A DNA stretch of 63,963 bases, the filler included, from Barthelona sp. PAP020 (taxonomy: Eukaryota), in NCBI GenBank assembly GCA_040182905.1. It is 3 parts of 3 records of this genome, joined end to end, with 100 filler letters (N's around TTAATTAATTAA, not from the genome) between each part and the next. Parts side by side here need not be neighbours in the genome. Positions count along the whole stretch, not along the records: positions 23,177 to 46,045 come from JARQWU010000170.1; 2 more parts are not named here. The stretch is one strand, 5' to 3'. Position 1 is the first letter of the stretch, and each line of letters begins with the position of its first letter. Shown in pieces: positions 31,352 to 42,367 of this stretch. The position numbers and the translations under genes were made by a program. The notes below the pieces were generated by a model. The model saw only the letters and a list, made by a program, of their open reading frames with translations. It did not search any database and was not told the DNA's origin.

Positions 31352-34300
31352 ATGCCCAGTATTATAGGAGAAAATACAAATACAAACATCAATGAAATCC
31401 GAGAATTATGTGAATCTTTTATTAGATGTCAAAATCACAATGATTTTAGAAATTTAGTGAGAAGTTCAAAAGATTTATTGGATAATATTGATGATAATTA
31501 TAGTATTAATGATTTTAATATTTTTTTGAATGAAATGAATATTTTTGTTAATACCATATTGGTTCGAAAAAAAATTAAAAAGAAAAAACAAATAATTGAA
31601 TTAATTTATGAGTTGGTTGGAAATTTTTTGTCTACTTTTCCACAAGAAACATTAATTGAAAAATTTCATGATTTTTCAAAAGATTATATGAATGAATTCA
31701 AGTTATTAATTGTTATAAATGCATTAAAAAGTTTAGAAAAAACTATATTGTTGAATGGTGAAAGACTTTCAGCGATAACATTTTTGAAATTTTTTTCTTA
31801 TGTTGTAAGATTGGATAACAGTGATATTAATAGTCACAACTATAATTTGTTACTATTTTGTCATTTTTTAAATCATTTGGTCAAAAAAGAAAGGAATATT
31901 TTTGAGAGCTTTCTTTTTACAGTACTGATTTTTATTGCTGATAATGTTAATAATTGTTCATATGATGTTGTTTTTACTTCATTATCAAAAGAAATATATC
32001 AATGTAATGAATATTATGAAGGATTATGGTCAAAAATAGTTTCTGTGGTAAATAGTCCATCAAATTTATGGTTATTAACGTTATTGAATGGTGTTGACGT
32101 TTTTGATCGATATGAATCTTCAAAAATTGTGCATTATTTGCAGTCAAAGGGAAACTATCGTTTTGATATGGTCAAGATGTTTTTGAATCATTTTTTTGGA
32201 AATGTTCATAGGGATCAGATTAGATATGATTGGATATATCCTATTTTTTGTGAGATATTCAAGACATTTCCTGTCGAGACATTTAATAGTTATTATGAAT
32301 TTATTCCAGCAATTATTGCTCATAACACTAATTTTATACAGTTGTCGTCTGAGTTATCATATTTATATTTTAAAAAATTACCTCAAACTTTTCAAAATTG
32401 TTTGAAAGCAAACGTTGAAGGATTTCTTGATTCTTTAGTTGAGGAACATCATTTGACTGTTTTTGAGTTGTGTTCTTTGATAAAGGATTATCATCTCTTG
32501 TTAATTAACCATCAAGATTTCAAAATGTTTGTTGAAAGTATCTCTGTTTTGATGGTCTTGAAAGAACAAGAACTTGAAAAAGTCCAAGTTGATACTGTTA
32601 TTGATACTATTGATTCTTTTGATTCTGTTGAAGATCTTAATTTGTACAATGTTGAAAGCATAATGTTAAAGCATGTTTTTGATACATTAAACAATTTTGT
32701 TGATGAAAATAGAGTTGTTATACCATCAAAGATTGATTTTGAAGCATTTTATCTTTGGGATGCTAAGATTGATACTATGGTTAGATATTTGAAAGGAAGT
32801 TTACATGATGTTGGATCTATGAAAAGATTAAAAGATTTTTTGAAAGGATATGATGTTGTTCAAGGAGGGAGGTTGCTTCTTGAAGTACAAACGAGGATAT
32901 TTAGTAAATTTCAAGAAAATGCTGGTAAAATAACTGATGATATTAATTATGATGTGAAATTAATTGACAAAGAGTCAATTCAAAAGTTATCTGATATAAA
33001 ATTTATGATTTTTATCCATTTTATCAATATGCATTTTAACAACTTTGACAATTTTAATAATTTTAATAATTTTAATAATTTTGATGAAAAGAAGAATTTT
33101 TTCATGTTATTGCTGAATGAAATAATTAGAAGAAGCTTATATAATCCATTAGAATTAGGTTTATTTACTCATGTATTTTTGAATATTATGAAACAAGAAC
33201 AAGAAGAACAAAGACAACAAAGACAACAAGATTGTTTATTTTTTTATGAGATTTATAGATTTCTTCATCATTTTCCAGTAAATATTGATAATTTGCTGAA
33301 ATTTATTAATTTCAACATTAAAAACAATGATTTATCATTACAGAATTTCTATAATGAATTTATTTTTGAACTTTTAACTAAATCAAGTTTAAATGTTGAT
33401 TTTGCTAAGATAGATCTTTATTTTTTTGAATTAGATAAACATTATATCAATGATAATATTGAAATATATGAAAATTTGAAAACTTTCATTGAAACTTTAT
33501 CTTTATCCTTTTCATCCTCATCATTCTCTTCTTCTTCTTCTTCTTCATTATTATTATTTGGTAGTTTAATACAAATTAACAATACTCTTTATAATTTTGA
33601 TATTAATACCAGATTTAAGCAATATTTCAGTATTTTGCATGAAAAATACCCTGAAAATTTTTCTTCTTCTTGTTCTTGTTCATGGTTTATTAGATTGAAT
33701 ACAATTATTGATGATTTTGCTCATTTACAATTGATTGATTACAATGCTTTTGAATTACGTTTATTATATTCTCTGTTCAACAGTATTGAACAAAATGAAG
33801 AAGAAATTGAACTATTTGTTTTAAACAACACTAAAATTATGTTGGAGAAATGGAATTCATTGAGTAAACTAGTAAATAATAAGGATTTTGGTGATCTTTT
33901 GAACTTTCAGCAAATTCAAGTTATTGGCGAGAAAATTGAAAACTTAAACTTGAATCTCAACGAAATCAATACCAAAATTCATACATTAGAAAAGAAAAAA
34001 CGAGAAAATCTCGAATTGTTAATGATTATCAATCAAGATTTGAACCCATTGGATCCTTTTGTTGAAATCAAACGTGAGAGTTTACTCAAAAGAGAGTTAC
34101 ACACTGATTTGATTTTTTCAAATGCAGAATTGTTTGAGTTACAAAATTGGTGGGATAATACTACTCGAAACATAACATTTCCAAATGATTTTGATGAAAA
34201 AATCGGTAATTTATCACAAACAACTATTATTTTAAATGAAGAGTTGGATGACTTATATTTGCAGCAATTTACTTCAAATTTTAAGCTTCATGGTGGTGAT

Positions 34301-34726
34301 ACTGAATCATTTGATGAAGTTTATTCTCAAATATTTGGGTTTGTCGAATACTTACCAATTTTTGCTTTTCTTCAGTATTTTGGTGTCTCAAAAGAATATG
34401 TCTCAATGCTATCTGCACTTATTTCTGAGAAAGAATCTGATTTGATCTCTCTTTCAGCACTTTTCGAAAATATTAATTGTCAATTATGTGTCCTTTATCC
34501 TTCATTTGACAATTTCGTTCCTGATGAAGATTTGCAGTTTTCAACAACACAAAACATTCAAAACATTCAAAATTCTAGTCATGATTTACCTTTTGCATTG
34601 GAAGACATGTTTTCAAATGATTTCTACTCCGATGGTTTTCCAAATTCTAATTCATTGGATAATTTGTATGGCAATGATAATACACTGTCTGATGATTTGT
34701 ATGATAACTCTCTGTTTATGTTTTGA
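31352..34726 (+). CDS. Large hypothetical alpha-helical protein
   Basis: 1124-codon ORF, N/F/L-rich; no family recognised. Confidence 0.75.
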   Translation: MPSIIGENTNTNINEIRELCESFIRCQNHNDFRNLVRSSKDLLDNIDDNYSINDFNIFLNEMNIFVNTILVRKKIKKKKQIIELIYELVGNFLSTFPQETLIEKFHDFSKDYMNEFKLLIVINALKSLEKTILLNGERLSAITFLKFFSYVVRLDNSDINSHNYNLLLFCHFLNHLVKKERNIFESFLFTVLIFIADNVNNCSYDVVFTSLSKEIYQCNEYYEGLWSKIVSVVNSPSNLWLLTLLNGVDVFDRYESSKIVHYLQSKGNYRFDMVKMFLNHFFGNVHRDQIRYDWIYPIFCEIFKTFPVETFNSYYEFIPAIIAHNTNFIQLSSELSYLYFKKLPQTFQNCLKANVEGFLDSLVEEHHLTVFELCSLIKDYHLLLINHQDFKMFVESISVLMVLKEQELEKVQVDTVIDTIDSFDSVEDLNLYNVESIMLKHVFDTLNNFVDENRVVIPSKIDFEAFYLWDAKIDTMVRYLKGSLHDVGSMKRLKDFLKGYDVVQGGRLLLEVQTRIFSKFQENAGKITDDINYDVKLIDKESIQKLSDIKFMIFIHFINMHFNNFDNFNNFNNFNNFDEKKNFFMLLLNEIIRRSLYNPLELGLFTHVFLNIMKQEQEEQRQQRQQDCLFFYEIYRFLHHFPVNIDNLLKFINFNIKNNDLSLQNFYNEFIFELLTKSSLNVDFAKIDLYFFELDKHYINDNIEIYENLKTFIETLSLSFSSSSFSSSSSSSLLLFGSLIQINNTLYNFDINTRFKQYFSILHEKYPENFSSSCSCSWFIRLNTIIDDFAHLQLIDYNAFELRLLYSLFNSIEQNEEEIELFVLNNTKIMLEKWNSLSKLVNNKDFGDLLNFQQIQVIGEKIENLNLNLNEINTKIHTLEKKKRENLELLMIINQDLNPLDPFVEIKRESLLKRELHTDLIFSNAELFELQNWWDNTTRNITFPNDFDEKIGNLSQTTIILNEELDDLYLQQFTSNFKLHGGDTESFDEVYSQIFGFVEYLPIFAFLQYFGVSKEYVSMLSALISEKESDLISLSALFENINCQLCVLYPSFDNFVPDEDLQFSTTQNIQNIQNSSHDLPFALEDMFSNDFYSDGFPNSNSLDNLYGNDNTLSDDLYDNSLFMF

Positions 34727-35038
34727 AATTAAAAGCATATCCGTAAACTATTTATCCAATTTTTTTTTTTTCAACAAAAAAATTTTGCTTTTTTGTAAAT
34801 AACGAATGTATTGTAAATTTCATACATTTTTATGTTTTTATATGTGTTGAACTTCGGTTTTGATTCACAAAGTTTTCAATCTAATGACAGAATTCTTTTT
34901 GAAAAGCTTTAAGTCTTTAAATTTATTTTTATTTGACCAAATTAGATTGTATATTCTTCATATTTAAACAAAAATCTTGAAATAAACGAGTGGTTTTCGT
35001 TAACTTCCACAAGAAGAAATTTCTTTTTTAAATTTGAA

Positions 35039-36562
35039 ATGACAGATAATAGACCTACTTCATTATTTGAACCAGTAATTAAAAAGAATAATGAAAAACC
35101 AATCAATGTTAAAGTCACACCAACAATTTCGAAAAATCGATTTTCAAATCAACAAAATGTTGGATTAAATTCAAATCAAAATCAAAATCAGAATCAAAAT
35201 GGTTCATCATATTCATCTATATATGCGTCGACTAATTCCAGCAAAAGTTCAAACAGACCTCATATGAAACCAGCTAAACCTTCAGATTTTACAAACACTT
35301 CCTCCAAAAATAATACTACTACCACAAAAACTAACAAAAAAAAGTCTTTAAACAAGTCAAAAAAAGGTAAAAACAGCGAAAGGTCTGAAAATATCAAACC
35401 TAAAACGCCAATTTCAAATTCATCTGATGATTATGATTTAGCTCATATTTCCATACTCAATGCACCTATTGTTGGAGAAAAGGACGATGAAATGCTGAAT
35501 ATGAGATCAGATAGTTTAGACTCTTTGAAAGTTTTGTTGAACGCAACACGAACTCTACAGGAAGCTATAAACAGTGAAATTATAAATGTAGAAAGCTCCT
35601 ACGATTTTATATTTAAAACTGTGACTCAAGAAAGGCAAGAACAGAATGCATATATTGCGAATTTAGAGGAAAGGTTAAACGCAGTGGAACAACAATTGAA
35701 ACATGAACAAGAAACAAGAAGAAATGTCGAACAAGCTTTGGTTATTGCTAAGGAAGAAGGCAGTCAGTTGTTAATGAAATTATCTGAGGTTTTAGGTGTT
35801 GAAACCCCTACAAATCAACCTGATTATACTCGTGTTCAATCACCTGGTACTAGATCTTTTAGTGGTACTGGTAAGGCATTTTTGCCTTCAACAATATCTA
35901 TGAACAAGGCGATTTATGAAAACCAATCAGACAGTGTTCTTGAAAACGCCCAAAATATGATAAAGAGCTTCAATAGTCAATCTCAGCATTTAGAAAAGCA
36001 GCATCAAATGATTTTGAGACAACTATCAGTTGATGATAACAGTAAGGCTGAGTCAAGTGACCTCATTGATTTGGTAAATGCTCATGAGGATGCTTCTGTT
36101 GCGGAACTTGCTGAAATTATTGAAAATATGAAAAACGATGTTTTGAGCTCCAATTCGAACACTAATTCGACTTCAAATTTGAATTTGACTTCGGAATTTT
36201 CAACAGATTCTGTTGTTGATGAGGATCTGGAAAAGAATGTTGATGTGGAAAAGGTTACTGAAGGAAATGTATCTGTTGTTGATTTATTACCAGCTGAATT
36301 TGGACCAACAATATTCCAAGCTTTACAATTGAGAAAACAAAGAGAAGATGCAGAAAGATGGGAAAGTGAGGAAAGAGTCACCTCAAAAATTGTTTCTGAA
36401 GAAGAAAATATTCAATTATTAGAAACAAAAGTTAAAACATTGGAATCACAATTTTCTTCTGATATTTTACAAGAAAGTGAATTGCCTACATCTCCAAAAG
36501 AATTTGATGATGTTGAAATTTCAATTGAAACACCAAACACAAATGATTTAGATTATAATTGA
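35039..36562 (+). CDS. Hypothetical coiled-coil protein
   Basis: 507-codon ORF with a low-complexity N-terminus and heptad-rich centre. Confidence 0.75.
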   Translation: MTDNRPTSLFEPVIKKNNEKPINVKVTPTISKNRFSNQQNVGLNSNQNQNQNQNGSSYSSIYASTNSSKSSNRPHMKPAKPSDFTNTSSKNNTTTTKTNKKKSLNKSKKGKNSERSENIKPKTPISNSSDDYDLAHISILNAPIVGEKDDEMLNMRSDSLDSLKVLLNATRTLQEAINSEIINVESSYDFIFKTVTQERQEQNAYIANLEERLNAVEQQLKHEQETRRNVEQALVIAKEEGSQLLMKLSEVLGVETPTNQPDYTRVQSPGTRSFSGTGKAFLPSTISMNKAIYENQSDSVLENAQNMIKSFNSQSQHLEKQHQMILRQLSVDDNSKAESSDLIDLVNAHEDASVAELAEIIENMKNDVLSSNSNTNSTSNLNLTSEFSTDSVVDEDLEKNVDVEKVTEGNVSVVDLLPAEFGPTIFQALQLRKQREDAERWESEERVTSKIVSEEENIQLLETKVKTLESQFSSDILQESELPTSPKEFDDVEISIETPNTNDLDYN

Positions 36563-36663
36563 TAATTTTAAGGATTTTTTGATTTTGTTGTCAATTCATT
36601 TGTTGTTTTTGTAAATGAGTATTTTAAAAAAAAAAAAAAAAATTTTTTTTTTATTTGTTTTTC

Positions 36664-37123
36664 ATGGCAAAATTAGAAAACGAAAACACTTTTTCATTTG
36701 TTACCATTCCAGACAAAAAGTATTTCGATTTTATTCAATTTTTTTTTCACTAATTTAAGATTATCTCAAAATAAAATAAAATCCATTATTAGAGAAACGT
36801 TTGAGGAATATTTGTATGGCAAAGAGTATTTTTATTAATTCTTTTTAATTGTTAAACTAATTATTAGTTATAATCCTGAAGAAAGTGTTGCGTGGACAAG
36901 AGTGATGGCTGATCATATCAGAGATGAACTAAAATTAATGGATGTTAGTCGTTATAAATATTGTGTTCAAGTTACTATTGGAGAAAATCGTGGTGAAGGT
37001 GTTACTATGACTTCTAGATGTTTTTGGGACACAAATTCTGATGCATGCATATCAGAAACATTTACTAATCGTACTTTATTTTGTATTGCGGCTGTTTTTG
37101 GTGTATATATGTATCAAATGTGA
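36664..37123 (+). CDS. Tctex-1 family dynein light chain (TCTEX1D2/Tctex2b-like); 3 exons: 36664-36719, 36760-36825, 36868-37123
   Basis: Removing the GT-AG introns 36720-36759 and 36826-36867 gives MAKLENENTFSFVTIPDKKLSQNKIKSIIRETFEEYLYGKDYNPEESVAWTRVMADHIRDELKLMDVSRYKYCVQVTIGENRGEGVTMTSRCFWD…TLFCIAAVFGVY. Confidence 0.92.
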
Positions 37124-37388
37124 ATTTTTTTTCTTTTTTTAAATTGTCCATTATTTGTACTATTTTGATTTTTTATAATTTTTTGATTTGATAATTTCAA
37201 ACTGGATTTCTTTGAAAAATTGAAAAAAAAAAAAACAATTCGTTGTATCAGGATTTTGTCTTGTATTCTGTTCTGATGTTCATAAACATTATATTTATTT
37301 TTATGTAATCTTTGTTTTTTATTTAAAAAGAAAAAGAAAAAGAATTGATCATTTACCGAATAAATATTCTTTTACAAGCTGAAAAAGC

Positions 37389-40300
37389 TTAAAGAATAAA
37401 ACAGCAATCTGATGTGTCTGGACTTTCATATGATTGTCTTTCAGTTCTTGTGTTCTTTGAAGGAGTATCATGTGGTGAGGGATATGAAGTGGTTTTAGTA
37501 GTTTTTGGTTTTTGAACTACATCACGGATATTATTTGTTCGAAGTTGAAAGCATTCCCAAGTATTCTCAGTACCACCAACAAAAAAAAGATTTTCATTGG
37601 GCATGAAACAACCACACCATATTTCTGCAATGTCGGTCTTAATTGTAGTAAGTTCTTCCGTTGTATGGCTGTTAACATTAATATGATAAACAGATATGTC
37701 GCCTTCCCAAAAACCTGCAATCAAAATATCATTGTTGATAAAAGTGGGGTTGCGCATGGCTTTATCTTTCGAGAAAATACTGATAACTTCTTGACTGTTA
37801 TTAACATTAAATCCCTTCAAATTGCCATTATTGTCACTGAAAATAACTATTTCACTGTCCAAAGAAAACGAAACTCCTCTTAATCCAGCAGTTGCTGTGG
37901 TAAATTCTCGAACAACACTCAAATCATATGTGCTGAGAAGTTTACGTTGTTTGTCATCTGTTGCAACAGCTAAATATCGGCCATCATTGGAAACCGCAAG
38001 TCTCCAAACATATTTTTCATAATGTCTCTGTTGACATACAATTTCATTGTATTCCATGCTATATTTTGAAACTGTACCACCATTGCTTCCACCTTCACCA
38101 ATGAAGATGTATTGATTGTCAACGGAAAAACAAACTGCATTGATATTACCGCCATTCAAATAAAAACGTCGATGAATATTAAAATGGTTGGAAATATCAA
38201 ATACTGTGATATAAGAGGCATTATCAACACAAACAAGATATTGATTATCACTGCTGAACGCAATACAAGGAATAGTGGCTTTCAAATTGTGTGTATATAT
38301 CTGTTTAAAATTGTAACCTGAATTCTCATGAACAATTTGACTTACGACAATAGTTTCATCATCACCAGAAGTAGCTAGATACCTGGAATTGGAAGAAACT
38401 GCAATACACTTGATTTTTTTTGTATGATCACTTGAATTAATTTGCAATTGATTTATTTCTAACTTCTTACGCCAATCTAACATGTTTAAGTTCTCAATTA
38501 TGTAATTTGTTTGAAGCTTATAACATTCCCACATGTTATCTGTTCCACCTACGAAATATAAGTTTACATGGGATGCGAAACAACCACACCACAAATCACC
38601 AACATTGGTTTTAATGGTAGCAAGCTCTTCGAATGTACCTCTGTTAGAATCAACATGATAGACAGCTAAGTCACCATTCCAAAATCCTGAAACTAACATT
38701 TCATTGTTGATAAAAGTGGGATTTCGCATATTTTTTCCATCGGTGAAAATGCTGATAACTTCTTGACTGTTATTAACATTAAATCCCTTCAAATGATAGT
38801 TATTGTCACTGAACACAACTATTTTACTGTCCAATGAAAATGAAACTCCCCTTAATCCAGATGTCGCCGCACTAAATTCTCGAACAACACTCAAATCATA
38901 TGTGCTGAGAAGTTTACGTTGTTTGTCATCTGTTGCAGCAGCTAAATAAATGCCATCATTGGAAACCGCAAGTCTCCAAACATATTTTTCATAATGTTTT
39001 CGTTGACATACAATTTCATTGCGCTGTATGCTATATTTTGAAATTGTACCGCTATTACTTCCACCTTCACCAATGAAGATATATTGACTATCAACAGAGA
39101 AACAAACGGCATTGATATTGCCGGAATTCAAAGAAAATCTTCGGTAAACTTTGAAATCGTTGAAAATATCGAAAACTGTGATGTGTGATGAGTTATCTGC
39201 AGCAACTAGATATCTATCATCATTACTGAATGCAATACAAGGGATGATTTGATCAAACTTATGTGTAAATATCATGTTAAACTTGTAATCGCAATTCTCA
39301 AAAACAATATGATAGATACAAATCGTTTTGTCATCGCTGGCACTGGCAAAATACTCAAAATTCGGAGACACGGCAACGCACTTCACTTTTTGTGAATGCG
39401 CACTTGAATTGGTATGCAATTGATCTATTACTAACTTTTTGTGCCAATCCAATGAATTCAAATCCTTTACTATATGTTTTGTTTGAAGTTGATAACATTC
39501 CCAAGTCCTTTCAGTGCCACCAACAAAGTAAAGATTTTCATATGGCATGAAACAACCACACCATAGATTTTTGATAGTGCTTCTAATCGTAGTAAGTTCT
39601 TTAGAAGTAAAATCATTGTAATTTACTTGAAAAACAGTTATATCACCATTCCAAAATCCTGTCACCAATAACTCACTGTTGATAAACATCGGGTTTCTCA
39701 TGTTGTGCTCAGTCTTGATATTGATAACTTCTTGTCCACTACTAACTAAATATCCTTTTAAATAGTAATCATTACTGGAAAATACGACCACCTTGCTATC
39801 TAAAGAAAATGTAACACCTCTCAATCCCTTGTCGGCAGAACCGAATTCTGCAACAACATTCAAATCATATGTGCTGAGAAGTTTGCGCTGAGTCTCATCT
39901 GTTGCAGCAGCTAAATAACGTCCATCATTGGAAACTGCAAGTCTCCAAACATATTTTTCATAATGTCTCCGTTGACATACAATTTCATTGCGCTGTAAGC
40001 TATATTTTGAAATATTTCCTTCATTGCTTCCACCTTCACCAATAAAGATATATTGATTATCAACAGAGAAACAAACGGCATTGATATTGCCGGAATTCAA
40101 AGAAAATCTTCGGTAAACTTTGAAATCGTTGAAAATATCGAAAACTGTGATGTGGGATGAGTTATCTGCAGCAACTAGATATCTATCATCATTACTGAAT
40201 GCAATACAAGGGATGATCCCTTGTAAATCATAAGAAAAAACCAATTTAAAATTATAGCTGGAGTTTTCATGAATGATCAGATATACGCAAACTTTTTTGT

Positions 40301-42092
40301 CAGCTCCACATGTGGCTACATACTTTCGACTTGTAGAAACAGCAATACAGTTGATTTTTTCAGTATGTGAATAAGAATTACTGTGCAATAAACGTATTTG
40401 AGATAAGCTATCCTGTGGGAAATCAATAGGCTGATCCAGCTTTTCAGTTTTGAATAAAGTATTTGCATTGGTGTGATTGATAGTGTTGTTATACAAATTA
40501 TTTGTACTTTCTGTTTGATTGATTGTTGGTTTTGAAGGTTCATTGCGATTTAAAGGTACTATTGGTTCAATACTGTTTTTATCATTCTCAACATCATCTG
40601 CAAGAGTTAATTCTAAGTTTTCAAGCAAAGTTTCAAGATATTCAATGATTTCAGAAAATAATGGTCTTTTTTCAGGGTTAGAATCAAAACATTTAGATAT
40701 AAACTCATAACCAATAACCCAATCAATATTTTGAAAAGGTAAATTTCCTGTCAATAATTGAACATTGATCATATGATTTGGAACTCCTTTAAAGGGTGCA
40801 CGACCTGTCATTACTTCAAAAAAAGTAACACCAAATGACCAAGAATCAATACCAGGATGGGCAATAGCAACTTCTTGAGAAAAAATTTCAGGTGGCATAT
40901 AGTGTACGGTTCCAAATGTTGAAAGTGCACTGCTTCTTTCAAAACTGCGCACAAGGCCAAAATCACAAAGTGCTGTGGTTCCATCATTTCGAATCAAAAC
41001 ATTTCTAGGATTAACATCTCGATGAATAACACCTTTTCCATGGCAAAAGTCAAGTGCATCAGCTAATTGAATAAGACACTCCAACTTTTCAACCACTTTC
41101 ATTTCATGCATCTTTTTATTCAAAGATGTAGGACAATATTCCATCACAATACCCCACTTTCCCTGATCACATGTCATACCAAATATACGACATATGAACT
41201 GTTGAACAAATGTGACAGCAACACATTCATCCTTTACTTGCTGCATTGTAGCGTTATAAGGAATTTTGATGGCAACATCACTTCGTTTGTGTTTACCTCT
41301 TAAAATTGTTGCAAACCCACCACGTCCTATTTCATTAGATATGCTTAATCTGTCATAGTCAAGAATAGGTACATCAAACTCTGAGTTATTACGTGTGTTT
41401 TCAGTTTCTTGAATGTTCTGCAACAATTCGTTGATTTCATTAGAACGTGTGGAGGATTCAATTTTAGATACCAACAACTCAATTGTGTTGTTCATTTGTC
41501 GTTGATTTTCCGCTATCTTCGAAAAGTTCATATTCATTTGTTCCATTAGTTCTTGGTTCATTTGGTATAAATGAGTGGCTATTTTATCTGTTATAGTATC
41601 TGGCATGGTTGTAATCGTAAAAGAAGTTAAAAGAACATTCAAATCACTGTTAAGACTGTCAAACTTGTGATGTATTTGATTAATCATTTGTAGATCATGA
41701 CTTCCAAACACAAATCGGGAAAGGAAATTTCTTTGAAAACTTTTTTCAATAATGACATGGGCATTTTGACAACTCTCAGAAAACCTACTTAAACATTGTT
41801 TAAAACTGGTGTCATTTGCCAAAGCTGCTTGTTCACTTAATAATTCTTCAAATGCAGAAGATAACCAAAGAATTCTATAATATAATATTAGAGCTTCTTC
41901 TTGGGCTTCCTTGCTGTCAATAAAACCATTTGCAATTTGTGATACAATTTGTAAAACAGGTATTTCACAAGAACCAAGCAATTTAAATATGGCATCTATA
42001 TTAAAATTGGAAATGAGCTGTTGAAATGAGTTAAAATTATTTTTGCCTAATTCTAAAAGAGTATTTTGAAATTCTTTTAACACTTCCGTCAT
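37389..42092 (-). CDS. MLKL/HeLo-like helical domain + kinase + three WD40 propellers + C-terminal CaaX (paralog D)
   Basis: GRGGFATI, VAIK, HRDVNPRN, DFG, HPGIDSWSFG. Three ~323-aa WD40 super-repeats (DNA period 969-972 bp). Ends SDCCFIL. Confidence 0.92.
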   Translation of the reverse strand: MTEVLKEFQNTLLELGKNNFNSFQQLISNFNIDAIFKLLGSCEIPVLQIVSQIANGFIDSKEAQEEALILYYRILWLSSAFEELLSEQAALANDTSFKQCLSRFSESCQNAHVIIEKSFQRNFLSRFVFGSHDLQMINQIHHKFDSLNSDLNVLLTSFTITTMPDTITDKIATHLYQMNQELMEQMNMNFSKIAENQRQMNNTIELLVSKIESSTRSNEINELLQNIQETENTRNNSEFDVPILDYDRLSISNEIGRGGFATILRGKHKRSDVAIKIPYNATMQQVKDECVAVTFVQQFICRIFGMTCDQGKWGIVMEYCPTSLNKKMHEMKVVEKLECLIQLADALDFCHGKGVIHRDVNPRNVLIRNDGTTALCDFGLVRSFERSSALSTFGTVHYMPPEIFSQEVAIAHPGIDSWSFGVTFFEVMTGRAPFKGVPNHMINVQLLTGNLPFQNIDWVIGYEFISKCFDSNPEKRPLFSEIIEYLETLLENLELTLADDVENDKNSIEPIVPLNRNEPSKPTINQTESTNNLYNNTINHTNANTLFKTEKLDQPIDFPQDSLSQIRLLHSNSYSHTEKINCIAVSTSRKYVATCGADKKVCVYLIIHENSSYNFKLVFSYDLQGIIPCIAFSNDDRYLVAADNSSHITVFDIFNDFKVYRRFSLNSGNINAVCFSVDNQYIFIGEGGSNEGNISKYSLQRNEIVCQRRHYEKYVWRLAVSNDGRYLAAATDETQRKLLSTYDLNVVAEFGSADKGLRGVTFSLDSKVVVFSSNDYYLKGYLVSSGQEVINIKTEHNMRNPMFINSELLVTGFWNGDITVFQVNYNDFTSKELTTIRSTIKNLWCGCFMPYENLYFVGGTERTWECYQLQTKHIVKDLNSLDWHKKLVIDQLHTNSSAHSQKVKCVAVSPNFEYFASASDDKTICIYHIVFENCDYKFNMIFTHKFDQIIPCIAFSNDDRYLVAADNSSHITVFDIFNDFKVYRRFSLNSGNINAVCFSVDSQYIFIGEGGSNSGTISKYSIQRNEIVCQRKHYEKYVWRLAVSNDGIYLAAATDDKQRKLLSTYDLSVVREFSAATSGLRGVSFSLDSKIVVFSDNNYHLKGFNVNNSQEVISIFTDGKNMRNPTFINNEMLVSGFWNGDLAVYHVDSNRGTFEELATIKTNVGDLWCGCFASHVNLYFVGGTDNMWECYKLQTNYIIENLNMLDWRKKLEINQLQINSSDHTKKIKCIAVSSNSRYLATSGDDETIVVSQIVHENSGYNFKQIYTHNLKATIPCIAFSSDNQYLVCVDNASYITVFDISNHFNIHRRFYLNGGNINAVCFSVDNQYIFIGEGGSNGGTVSKYSMEYNEIVCQQRHYEKYVWRLAVSNDGRYLAVATDDKQRKLLSTYDLSVVREFTTATAGLRGVSFSLDSEIVIFSDNNGNLKGFNVNNSQEVISIFSKDKAMRNPTFINNDILIAGFWEGDISVYHINVNSHTTEELTTIKTDIAEIWCGCFMPNENLFFVGGTENTWECFQLRTNNIRDVVQKPKTTKTTSYPSPHDTPSKNTRTERQSYESPDTSDCCFIL

Positions 42093-42367
42093 CAGAAAGA
42101 CTCACAAAAAAAAAAAAAAAAAACTTACGTGATTTCAAAGAATTTCTGGCCACATTTTTGTATTGAGAGATCAGGATTCCAGACATATTCAAATTTGATT
42201 GTTGGTTTATTTGCTTGCAAAAATTGAAAATTTTCAGCATTATACAGCACAGATTAAAAATTTCCCCAAATGAATTCTCCTTTTTGTGTTCTTTCCAATT
42301 TATTATCATAAGTATTGAAAAAAAGGGATAAAACAGAATAAAATTACAAAAATAACATTTATTACAT

